In this document: one piece after another, positions 10,650-18,852 of the stretch
Numbering within the stretch: the stretch's first letter is position 1
Layout of the letters: every line of letters starts with the position of its first letter
Origin: Piscinibacter sp.
GTDB taxonomy: Bacteria; Pseudomonadota; Gammaproteobacteria; Burkholderiales; Burkholderiaceae_C
Direction of reading: 5' to 3'
DNA: 64,000 bases
Assembly: GCA_044223035.1 (NCBI GenBank)
Contig: JBGAMJ010000013.1
Coordinates: 1,253-65,252 of the forward strand
Made by a program: the position numbers and the translations under genes
The notes under the pieces: model-generated
Told to the model about the DNA's origin: nothing
The model's database searches: none
The model's input: only the letters and a program-made list of their open reading frames with translations

Positions 10650-11576
10650 ATGAGTTCCACCCTCGTGATCGCCACCCGGGAAAGCCGCCTTGCCCTGTGG
10701 CAGGCAGAACACGTTCGCGACCTGCTCGGCGCGCGCTTCGGCCTGGCGGTGGAGCTGCTCGGCATGACGACGCGCGGCGACCAGATCCTCGACCGCAGCC
10801 TGTCCAAGGTCGGCGGCAAGGGCCTGTTCGTCAAGGAGCTCGAGACCGCGCTCGAAGAGGGCCGTGCCCAGCTCGCCGTGCACTCGCTGAAGGACGTGCC
10901 GATGGACCTGCCGGACGGCTTCGAGCTGGCCGCGGTGCTCGAGCGCGAGGATCCGCGCGATGCGCTGGTGTCGCCGCGGTTCGCGTCGATCGATGCGCTG
11001 CCCGAGGGCGCGACGGTCGGCACCTCCAGCCTGCGGCGCGTGGCGCAGTTGCGCGCCCGCCGGCCCGACCTGCGCATCGAGCCCTTGCGCGGCAACCTCG
11101 ACACCCGGCTGCGCAAGCTCGACGAAGGCCAGTACGACGCGATCGTGCTCGCCGCGGCCGGCCTGCGCCGGCTCGGCCTGGCCGAGCGCATCCGCTCGCT
11201 GTTCGAGCCCGAGGAGATGCTGCCCTGCGCCGGGCAGGGCGCGCTCGGCATCGAGGTGCGCGCCGATGCGCTGGCGCTGCGCGAGCGCCTCGCCGGCCTC
11301 GTCCACCGGCCGACCGAGCTGGCGGTGCAGGCGGAGCGTGCGGTGTCGCGCGCGCTCGGCGGCAGCTGCAGCATGCCGCTGGCAGCGCACGCGGTCTGGC
11401 AGGGTGACGCGCTCTGGCTGCGCGCGCTGCTCGGCCATCCCGAGCGCGCGGACCTCGTCCCGCTGCGCGCCGAAGCCCGTGCGGAAGCCGTGGACGTGTC
11501 CGCTGCCCGCGCACTCGGCGAGCAGGTGGCGGCGGACCTGCAGCGCCAGGGCGCCGCCGACTACCTGACGCAGTGA
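10650..11576 (+). CDS. hemC: hydroxymethylbilane synthase (porphobilinogen deaminase)
   Basis: 308 aa: [44 protein letters not shown] and [11 protein letters not shown] (cofactor cysteine). Confidence 0.95.
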   Translation: MSSTLVIATRESRLALWQAEHVRDLLGARFGLAVELLGMTTRGDQILDRSLSKVGGKGLFVKELETALEEGRAQLAVHSLKDVPMDLPDGFELAAVLEREDPRDALVSPRFASIDALPEGATVGTSSLRRVAQLRARRPDLRIEPLRGNLDTRLRKLDEGQYDAIVLAAAGLRRLGLAERIRSLFEPEEMLPCAGQGALGIEVRADALALRERLAGLVHRPTELAVQAERAVSRALGGSCSMPLAAHAVWQGDALWLRALLGHPERADLVPLRAEARAEAVDVSAARALGEQVAADLQRQGAADYLTQ

Positions 11577-11624
11577 GAGGCCGAGAGGCAAGCCGATGCG
11601 CGGGCCCGTCGGACTGCCTCCCGG
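11576..11624 (+). repeat. internally deleted mini-copy of the MITE-like element
   Basis: Immediately after the hemC TGA. GAGGCCGAGAGGCAAGCCG matches the left end of the full copies, and CGGACTGCCTCCCGG matches the right end (CCGGACTGCCTCTC). The two arms can pair (CCGAGAGGCA / TGCCTCCCGG). Confidence 0.55.
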
Positions 11625-11647
11625 ACGCTGAAGCGGCCGCCCGTCGC

Positions 11648-12406
11648 GTGCGCGCGATCGTCACCCGACCGGCCGGCCAGGCGACGACCTGGGTCGACGC
11701 ATTGCGCCGCCACGGCGTCGACGCGGTCGCACTCCCGCTGATCGAGATCGCGCCGGCGGCCGACCCGGCGCCGGTGCGCGCGGCCTGGTCGGGTCTGGCC
11801 GGGCGGCGGCTGGTGGTGTTCGTCAGCCCGAATGCGGCGCTGCAGTTCTTCGCCGAACGCCCGCCCGCCGCCGGCTGGCCCGACGGCGTGCGCGCCGCCT
11901 CGGTCGGGCCCGGCACCACGCAGGCGCTGCGACGGCTCGGCGTGCCCGCTACCGCCATCGCCGAGCCGGATGCGGCATCGGCGCAATTCGATTCCGAGGC
12001 CTTGTGGCAGGTGCTGCGCGACGCCGACGGGCACGGCGCCTCGGTGCTGGTCGTGCGCGGAGACGGCGGGCGCGACTGGCTGGCCGACACGCTGCGCGCA
12101 CACGGCGCAGCGCTGGACTTCGTCGCCGCGTATCGCCGGCGCGCGCCGACGCCCGACGCGGCCGGGCGCGCGCTGTTGGCCGAGGCGCAGGCGCGGCCGG
12201 CAGCGCATGCGTGGATCTTCAGCAGCTCGCAGGCGATCGACCACCTGCTCGAACTCGCACCGTCGGTGGCTGGCTCGGCCGCGACGGCGATCGTCACCCA
12301 CCCGCGCATCGGCGAACGCGCCCGCGCTGCCGGTTTCGGCCGTTTGCTCGACGCGCGGCCGACGCCGGACGGCGTGAGTGCTTGCCTACAATCCGCCGCA
12401 CCGTGA
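11648..12406 (+). CDS. hemD: uroporphyrinogen-III synthase
   Basis: HemD-like VRAIVTRPAGQA... start at GTG 11648. The track ORF starts at 11573, but its first ~25 codons are encoded by the MITE mini-copy. Position between hemC and hemX supports the call. Confidence 0.8.
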   Translation: MRAIVTRPAGQATTWVDALRRHGVDAVALPLIEIAPAADPAPVRAAWSGLAGRRLVVFVSPNAALQFFAERPPAAGWPDGVRAASVGPGTTQALRRLGVPATAIAEPDAASAQFDSEALWQVLRDADGHGASVLVVRGDGGRDWLADTLRAHGAALDFVAAYRRRAPTPDAAGRALLAEAQARPAAHAWIFSSSQAIDHLLELAPSVAGSAATAIVTHPRIGERARAAGFGRLLDARPTPDGVSACLQSAAP

Positions 12407-13623
12407 GCGACCCGACGATTCCATCCGCCGATGCGGCGCCCCCTGCGGCGCTTGCCGCGACGCCCCCCGCGGCTCCTGTCGCGGCGCCGCCTACCGCACC
12501 TGCTGCGCCCGCCGCCGCGCCCACGGCGGCCGCTGTTGCGCCGAGTTCCGTCGCGACGCCTGGCGGCGCGTTGTCGCCCACCGGCCGGCTGTGGATCGCC
12601 ACCGGCCTGATCGCCGTGCTCGGCGTGGTCGCGATCGTGCTGGGCTGGCAGAGCCAGCAGCGCGTGCGCAGCCTGGAGATCGAGCTGGTGCGCCGCCAGC
12701 AGGACGTGCAGGGCCAGTCGTCCGAAGCGCGCCTGGTCGCGAAGCAGGCCGAGGACGGCATGCGCGACGCGATCGCGAAGATCGCGCTGCTGGAGGCGCG
12801 GGTGGCCGAGGTGGCGGTGCAGCGCAGCCAGCTCGAGGACCTGATCCAGTCGCTGTCGCGCTCGCGCGACGAGAACCTGCTGGTCGACGTGGAGGCCGGC
12901 GTGCGTGTGGCGCAGCAGCAGTCGACGATCACCGGCAGCGTCGAGCCGCTGGTGGCGGTGCTGCGCCAGTCGGACGAGCGGCTCGCGCGCTACAACCAGC
13001 CGCGGCTCGAAGGCGTGCGGCGCGCGATCGCGCGCGACCTCGACCGCGTCAAGTCGGTCGGCGTGGCGGACATCCCGTCGCTCAGCATCCGGCTCGACGA
13101 GGCGGTGCGGCTGGTCGATGAACTGCCGCTGCTGTCCACCGCCGAGCCGCGCGGCCGGGCGCCGATCATGCCGGCGCCCAAGCCAGCGGCGTCGCGCGGC
13201 AGCGCGCCGGCGGCGAGCGAAGTCGCGTCCGGCCCGGCCGACTGGGTGAAGCCGTGGAAGGATGGCTGGAACAGCGCGCTGGAGCGGGTGTGGTTCGAGG
13301 TGCGTTCGCTGGTGCGCGTGACCCGCATCGACAACCCCGAGGCGATGCTGCTGGCGCCGGAACAGGCTTTCTTCCTGCGCGAGAACCTGAAGCTGCGGCT
13401 GCTCAACGCCCGCCTGGCGCTGCTGAGCCGGCAGTTCGACACCGCGCGGTCCGACCTGCAGAGCGCGCAGGTCACGCTCGAGCGCTACTTCGATCGTTCG
13501 TCGAAGCGCGTGACCCTGGCCGAGGAGGCGATCCGCCAGGTGGCCGCGCAGGCGCGCCAGGTCGGCGTGCCGCGCCCCGACGACACGCTGGCGGCCCTGG
13601 CGGCTGCCTCGGCCGGGCGCTGA
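12403..13623 (+). CDS. hemX: HemX-type membrane protein of the heme biosynthesis operon (annotated in databases as uroporphyrin-III C-methyltransferase-like)
   Basis: GTG 12403 is in frame with the 12004..13623 ORF. Ala/Pro-rich N-terminus, one TM segment (LWIATGLIAVLGVVAIVLGW), then a coiled-coil and HemX region. Position between hemD and hemY supports the call. Confidence 0.75.
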   Translation: MSDPTIPSADAAPPAALAATPPAAPVAAPPTAPAAPAAAPTAAAVAPSSVATPGGALSPTGRLWIATGLIAVLGVVAIVLGWQSQQRVRSLEIELVRRQQDVQGQSSEARLVAKQAEDGMRDAIAKIALLEARVAEVAVQRSQLEDLIQSLSRSRDENLLVDVEAGVRVAQQQSTITGSVEPLVAVLRQSDERLARYNQPRLEGVRRAIARDLDRVKSVGVADIPSLSIRLDEAVRLVDELPLLSTAEPRGRAPIMPAPKPAASRGSAPAASEVASGPADWVKPWKDGWNSALERVWFEVRSLVRVTRIDNPEAMLLAPEQAFFLRENLKLRLLNARLALLSRQFDTARSDLQSAQVTLERYFDRSSKRVTLAEEAIRQVAAQARQVGVPRPDDTLAALAAASAGR

Positions 13624-13641
13624 CGCGTCGCCGCACGGCCC

Positions 13642-14889
13642 ATGCGCGCGGTCATCTGGTTCCTGCTGCTGTTCGCGGTCGCGGTCGTCGCGGCCACCAC
13701 CCTGGGCACCAACGACGGCCTGGTCAGCGTCTACTGGGGAAGCTGGCGGCTCGATGCCTCGCTGAACCTGTTCCTGCTGGCGCTGGTGGCCACCTGCGTG
13801 GCGCTGGTGTCGATCGTGCACGCGATCGACTCGTTCCTCGGCCTGCCCAAGCGTGCGCGCGAATGGCGCGTCTCGCGGCGCGACCGCAATGCGCAGGCGG
13901 CGCTGCGCGAGGCGCTGGCGCAGTATTTCGGCGGCCGCTACAGCCGGGCGCAGACGGCCGCGCAGCGCGCGCTGGCAATCCAGGCCGAGACGCCGGAGCT
14001 GGCGCAGGACAACGAATTCACGGTACTCGGCCACCTGCTCGCTGCCGGCAGCGCCCACCGCCTGCAAGACCGGCCGAAGCGCGATGAATCGCTGCGCCGT
14101 GCGCTCGAACTCTCGCGCAGCAGCGCCGCCGCCCGATCGGCCGAGGAGGGCGCGCGCCTGCTCGCCGCCGAATGGGCGCTCGACGACCGCGACGCGCCGC
14201 GCGCATTGAGCCTGCTCGCCGACCTGCCGCCTGGCGTGTCCCGGCGCACGCATGCGCTGCGGCTGAAGCTGCAGGCCACGCGCCTCGGCGAATCGCCCCA
14301 GGAGGCGTTGAAGACGGCGCGGCTGCTGGCCAAGCACCAGGGCTTCTCGAAGCTCGCGGCACAGGGGCTGTTGCGCTCGCTCGGCTTCGAGGCGCTGGCG
14401 CGTTCGCACGACGTCGACCAGCTCGAGCGCGTCTGGGCCCAGTTCGACCCGGCGGACCGGCGCGATCCGTACGTCGCCTCGGCGGCCGCGGTGCGAGCGG
14501 CCGAGCTCGGCGCGCCGGACCATGGCCGCGGCTGGCTGAAGCCGTTCTGGGACCGGCTGGACGAGCTGGCACCGGAGGAGCGTGCGGTGCTGTCGCGTGG
14601 GCTGGTCGCCACCGTGACGGGCATCGGCGCCGAGTGGCTGCCGCGCCTCGAAGCCGCGGCGCAGACCCATGCGCGCGAGCCGGCGGTCGCCCATGCGGTG
14701 GGCACCGTGCTGGCCGAGCGCCAGTTGTGGGGCAAGGCCCGCCGCCTTCTCGAACAGGCCGCTACCGACAGCACGCTCGCCGCGGCGCAACGCCGCCAGG
14801 CCTGGCTGACGCTCGCCTCGCTGGCCGAGCACGAAGGCGACGTGGAACGCGCCGCGCGCTGCTACGAGCGCGCCGCACGCGCCGTGTGA
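13642..14889 (+). CDS. hemY: heme biosynthesis protein HemY (TPR membrane protein)
   Basis: 415 aa with two N-terminal TM helices (MRAVIWFLLLFAVAVVAA...) followed by a TPR-like helical region. Last gene of the hemCDXY order. Confidence 0.85.
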   Translation: MRAVIWFLLLFAVAVVAATTLGTNDGLVSVYWGSWRLDASLNLFLLALVATCVALVSIVHAIDSFLGLPKRAREWRVSRRDRNAQAALREALAQYFGGRYSRAQTAAQRALAIQAETPELAQDNEFTVLGHLLAAGSAHRLQDRPKRDESLRRALELSRSSAAARSAEEGARLLAAEWALDDRDAPRALSLLADLPPGVSRRTHALRLKLQATRLGESPQEALKTARLLAKHQGFSKLAAQGLLRSLGFEALARSHDVDQLERVWAQFDPADRRDPYVASAAAVRAAELGAPDHGRGWLKPFWDRLDELAPEERAVLSRGLVATVTGIGAEWLPRLEAAAQTHAREPAVAHAVGTVLAERQLWGKARRLLEQAATDSTLAAAQRRQAWLTLASLAEHEGDVERAARCYERAARAV

Positions 14890-14951
14890 GGCTGCCCGCC
14901 TGAGCCCGTCTGCCAGAGGCCACGAATTCTCGTGCTACACTAGCAGGCTAC

Positions 14952-15028
14952 GCGGCTGTAGCTCAGTTGGATAGAGTACTTGGCTACGAACCAAGGGGTC
15001 GTGGGTTCGAATCCTGCCAGCCGCGCCA
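14952..15028 (+). tRNA. tRNA-Arg (anticodon ACG)
   Basis: Hand-folded cloverleaf: acceptor GCGGCTG/CAGCCGC, D-arm GCTC-AGTTGGATA-GAGT, anticodon arm CTTGG-CTACGAA-CCAAG, T-arm GTGGG-TTCGAAT-CCTGC, discriminator G and an encoded CCA. Confidence 0.95.
14983..15028 (+). repeat. attL core: 3' 46 nt of tRNA-Arg
   Basis: GCTACGAACCAAGGGGTCGTGGGTTCGAATCCTGCCAGCCGCGCCA is repeated exactly at 24282-24327. Confidence 0.9.
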
Positions 15029-15038
15029 AAGTAATCAA

Positions 15039-15075
15039 CGGGTTAGCTCTCACAAGGAGCTAGCCCGTTTCCCTT
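15039..15075 (+). terminator. hairpin downstream of tRNA-Arg (island-borne)
   Basis: CGGGTTAGCTC-tcacaag-GAGCTAGCCCG, an 11-bp stem with one mismatch, followed by TTTCCCTTT. Confidence 0.45.
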
Positions 15076-15086
15076 TCCGGGCGCCG

Positions 15087-15109
15087 GGGGTCCACCCAGG
15101 GGTCCACCG
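15087..15109 (+). promoter_or_regulatory. tandem GGGGTCCACC repeats; candidate integrase arm-type sites on the attL arm
   Basis: GGGGTCCACCCAGGGGTCCACCG is identical to 24142-24164. It lies 58 bp inside the attL core. Confidence 0.45.
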
Positions 15110-15662
15110 ATGGTGGGTTTGCTGAGGACGTTCTGGCATCGCTCGGGACGGCTGCTGTATCCCACAGGCAAGCGGCGACAGCGTTAACGAGACTCGGACA
15201 CACGCTGCTCGCGACTGACGGTTGAGACTGGTGCGAGACGTTCCCGCTTCCGCCTAGAAGGTCCGCGCCGGCCTGAAGCGGTCATCGGGCGGCACCGAAG
15301 TCGACCGATCGCCTTTTCTTCGCGCAGCCCCTCGGCGCTCGAGGGCCACGAGAGCCCAACGGAACACCACCTGGCCTGTGACTCGTGCGCTCCAATTGGC
15401 ACTCTCGACCCGTCTCCGACGTTGTGCTCGCGAAAGTTGGCCGTCGTGAGCGAGCGCCTCCTCCTGGACGCGCTCTCCGAACAGGTTGAGGTCAGTGTCG
15501 CGGTCTGCGGTAGTTTGAGCAGCCCGGCCCCCCGATCATGAACGGCGGCAATACACCGTCGCGCGATCGGCGGATGCGTGGTTACAGCCGCATCAAGTTG
15601 AGAGTTTGCAGCCGTGCGAGCGTCAAGCGCAGAGGCGTGGCCCGCAGGCAAATCTGTTTACT

Positions 15663-16589
15663 TCAGCGGCCGACCCAGCGCGCCGGCCAGCGGCCGTCGT
15701 CGACCATCTGCCGCAGCACGTCGCCGACCAACTGCATGACCGCGGTGCCGGCGGCGGTGCCAGGACGCAACACGCTGCTGGCACACACGACCCGGCGCGA
15801 CATCGCCGGCGAGTCGATCGTCGAGGCTCGCAACTGGCCCGCGGCCACTTCGTCGGCGACCGCGCCCAGCGGCAGGATGGTGGCGCCGAGCCCGGCCTCC
15901 ACGGCGCGCTTGACGCTGGGCAGCGACTCGATCTCGGCCACGACATCCAGCACGATGCCCTGCGGTTCGCAGGCCTCGTCGACGATGCGGCGCAGGCCGT
16001 GCTCCCGCCCCGGAAGCACCAGCGGCCAGCGCGACAGCTGCGCGAGTGCCAGCTTGCGCGGAGCGGTCCGGCCTCGCGGGCTGGAGATGAACGCGAGGCG
16101 ATCGTCGAGCAGGGCCTGCCTGGCCAGCACCGGATCGGCCTGGTCGCCGAACAGCAGCGCCAGATCCAGCCGGCCGGAGACCAGCCACTCGCGCAGGAAG
16201 CCGCTGTAGGCCTCGACGACCTTGATGCGGACCTCGGGCAGTCGCTCCCGGCACGCCTGCAGGATCGGCACGGTTGCGATCAGCGTGATGGTCGTCGGCA
16301 GCCCGATCGCCACCTCGCCGCTGGGGATGAGGGCCGATTGGCGAACGGCGGTGCGTGCCCGCTCTGCGTCGGCCAACAGGACCTTGGCGTGTTCGAGGAA
16401 GGCCTTGCCCGCCTCGGTCAGCGTCACGCCCCGGCTGGAGCGGTGGAAAAGGCGCGCGCCCAGGCTGTGCTCGAGCGCCGCGATCTGCTGCCCCAGCGCG
16501 GGCTGGGCGATGTGTAGCCGCGTCGAGGCCTTCAGCAGGCTCCCGGCTTCGCTGACACCGACGAAATACCGGACCTGGCGCAGTTCCAT
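15663..16589 (-). CDS. LysR-family transcriptional regulator
   Basis: 308 aa with an N-terminal winged HTH (MELRQVRYFVGVSEAGSLLKASTRLHIAQPALGQQIAALE) and a LysR substrate-binding domain. Divergent from the dehydratase fragment. Confidence 0.9.
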   Translation of the reverse strand: MELRQVRYFVGVSEAGSLLKASTRLHIAQPALGQQIAALEHSLGARLFHRSSRGVTLTEAGKAFLEHAKVLLADAERARTAVRQSALIPSGEVAIGLPTTITLIATVPILQACRERLPEVRIKVVEAYSGFLREWLVSGRLDLALLFGDQADPVLARQALLDDRLAFISSPRGRTAPRKLALAQLSRWPLVLPGREHGLRRIVDEACEPQGIVLDVVAEIESLPSVKRAVEAGLGATILPLGAVADEVAAGQLRASTIDSPAMSRRVVCASSVLRPGTAAGTAVMQLVGDVLRQMVDDGRWPARWVGR

Positions 16590-16731
16590 GACGTCTTCAG
16601 CTAGCTGACTTTTGTATATCGGATGGTCGATATGAGTATTTCACAACTAGCTGGGCGTCCCGAAGAATCCGCTCCACCCCCGCTGCGCGAATCGTGCGGC
16701 GCGGTGCAGCGGCATCCCGGAGACATCGCAC

Positions 16732-17004
16732 GTGACCATCGCCACCCCGCCGATCGACATCGACCATCTGCGCCAGTGGATCGACCGTGGCGAATCCGTC
16801 GAGGACGTGGTCACGGTGGCTCCGCTGCGCGCGCTGGCCGCAACGCTGGACCGCGACGACGCGCTGCCGACCGCCGGCGACACCGTGCCGGCGTGCTGGC
16901 ACTGGCTGTACTTCCTGCCCGCGAACCGCCAGTCGGAGATCGGCCCGGACGGCCATCCGCGACGCGGCGAATTCCTGCCGCCCGTGCTGCTGCCGCGCCG
17001 CATG
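16732..17004 (+). pseudogene. 5' fragment of a MaoC/hotdog-type (acyl-CoA) dehydratase gene, truncated by IS21
   Basis: WHWLYFLP...IGPDGHPRRGEFLPPVLLPRRM matches the N-terminal hotdog-dehydratase motif and then runs into the IS21 left end at 17003. Confidence 0.6.
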
Positions 17005-17079
17005 TCAGTGGCATCCCAATAATCCCCAGTTGTGGCATCTGAATTTTCCCCACCCATCGACATCGCGAAGGAGCGAGAG

Positions 17080-18429
17080 ATGGAAGTGGAAGGAAGAGAG
17101 AAGGCAGGAGAGGCCGGTACCGTGCCCGTTCGCAGACGGAGCATGGAGGTGGCCGTGGTTGGCCAGGAGCAGTGGGAGTTGATCCGCAATCGCAGCGCCG
17201 AGGGGCACGGCGTGTCGGTGATCGCGCGGGAGCTGGGTCTGGACCGCAAGACGGTCAGGAACTGCCTCAAGCGCGAGGCATGGAAGCCGTACAGCCGCGA
17301 GGCGACCCGAGCGACGGTGCTGGATGAGCACATGGAGTGGCTGCGCCGGCGGGCCCCGCAGGTTGCGTTCTCGGCTCGGATCCTGCACCAGGAACTGCAG
17401 GCGCAGCGCGGCTTCACTGGCTGCTACGAGGTGGTCAAGGTGGCGGTGCGACCGTTGCGGGCGACGGCGTCGGTTGCGGCGCTCACGCAGATGCGCTTCG
17501 AGACGGCGCCGGGCGAGCAGGCGCAAGTCGACTGGGGCCAGGTCAAGGTTTGGCTGGGCGGTGAGCCGACGCGGGTGCACGTGTTCGTGATGACGCTGGG
17601 GTACAGCCGGCGCGGCTACGCCGAGGGGTATCTGAACGAGCGGATGGACAGCCTGCTGTCGGCACACGAGCGCGCGTTCGAGCACTTCGGCGGGGTCTGC
17701 CAGTCGTTGCTGTACGACCGGATGCGCACGGTCACCATCGGCACGACCGAAGACGACGCCGGCGTGCGGCGGGCGAAGCTGAACGCGACGTTCCAGGCGT
17801 TCGCCGGGCACTGGGGGTTCACGATCCGGCTGTGCCGGCCGTACCGGGCGAAGACCAAGGGCAAGGTCGAGTCCGGCGTGAAGTACATCAAGCGCAACTT
17901 CGTGCCGGGGCGGCAGTTCCGGGATCTGGAGGACTTCAATGGTCAGCTCGTCGCCTGGCAGCAAGAGGTTGCCGACGTGCGCGTGCATGGCACGACACAT
18001 CAGCGGCCGATCGATCGGTTCGCCGACGAGGCGAGCGCGCTGATGCCGGCGACCGGGCATCGCAGCTTCCTGCAGGCCCTGGTGCGCGAGCGCGTGGTTG
18101 CCGAAGACTGGCTGGTCGCGATCGATGCCAACCGCTACTCGGTGCCGTTCCGGCTGATCGGCAAGACCGTCCAGGTTGCTCGCGAGGGCGACCGATGGTT
18201 GATCCGTCATCGCGGCAAGCTCGTGGCCGAGCATCCGGTGCTGATCGGACGCGCGCAGCTGAGCGTCGAGCCCGAGCACGGCCCCGGAGCGGCCACGCGC
18301 AACCAGCGGCAGCGCTACGCCGAGTTGGGAGATCGGCCACCCGCACCACAGCCAACCGATCGCGACGTACAGGTCCGCGACCTGGCGGTCTACGACCAAC
18401 TGGTCCATGACGTGCGGGAGGCCGCATGA
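17080..18429 (+). CDS. istA: IS21-family transposase IstA
   Basis: HTH (WELIRNRSAEGHGVSVIARELGLDRKTVRNCL) plus a DDE integrase core (QVDWG..., ...YDRMRT..., ...YRAKTKGKVE). GAAGGAG lies 6 nt upstream of ATG 17080. Confidence 0.9.
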   Translation: MEVEGREKAGEAGTVPVRRRSMEVAVVGQEQWELIRNRSAEGHGVSVIARELGLDRKTVRNCLKREAWKPYSREATRATVLDEHMEWLRRRAPQVAFSARILHQELQAQRGFTGCYEVVKVAVRPLRATASVAALTQMRFETAPGEQAQVDWGQVKVWLGGEPTRVHVFVMTLGYSRRGYAEGYLNERMDSLLSAHERAFEHFGGVCQSLLYDRMRTVTIGTTEDDAGVRRAKLNATFQAFAGHWGFTIRLCRPYRAKTKGKVESGVKYIKRNFVPGRQFRDLEDFNGQLVAWQQEVADVRVHGTTHQRPIDRFADEASALMPATGHRSFLQALVRERVVAEDWLVAIDANRYSVPFRLIGKTVQVAREGDRWLIRHRGKLVAEHPVLIGRAQLSVEPEHGPGAATRNQRQRYAELGDRPPAPQPTDRDVQVRDLAVYDQLVHDVREAA

Positions 18430-18821
18430 CGAGCGCGTCCACTCGGTCCTCCAAGCTCGCCACGGCCGGCGTGACGGCCTCGGCGATGACCACGCCGGCG
18501 CAGCTCGAGCGGCTCGGCGAGCATCTGCGCAAGCTGCGTCTGCTCAAGAGCGGCGAACGCCTGGAGGCGATGCTGCAGCACGCCGCCGCCCAGGAGCTGC
18601 CCTACGCGGAGTTCCTCGAGCAGGTGCTCGGCGAGGAGGTCGCCGCCAAGACCAGCAAGAACATCGCGATGCGCACGGCGATGGCCCGGCTGCCGTTCGT
18701 CAAGCCGCTGGAGACCTTCGAGTTCGACTACCAGCCGTCGATCGACCGCAAGCAGGTCCAGGCGCTGGCGAGCTGCCACTTCATCGAGCACGGCGACAAC
18801 GTCATCGTGCTCGGGCCGCCC
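18426..18821 (+). pseudogene. istB: istB 5' part (IS21 helper ATPase), interrupted after ...NVIVLGPP
   Basis: The IstB N-terminal region (LRLLKSGERLEAMLQHAAAQELPYAEFLEQVL...FEFDYQPSIDRKQV) ends in the first half of the P-loop, then reads DHAT-stop from the inserted DNA. Confidence 0.85.
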
Positions 18822-18852
18822 GATCACGCGACATGATGCTCACCTCGCCACG

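Noticed and set aside
7727-14832. Very long ORFs 7727..11407 (+, 1226 aa) and 10831..14832 (-, 1333 aa)
   Set aside because: They are antisense or off-frame to ppc and hemC/D/X/Y, which have strong family signatures. Composition is dominated by R/A/G/P, and no motifs were seen.
15184-15651. 155-aa ORF next to attL
   Set aside because: No start context, implausible composition and no family resemblance. Treated as non-coding or eroded DNA.
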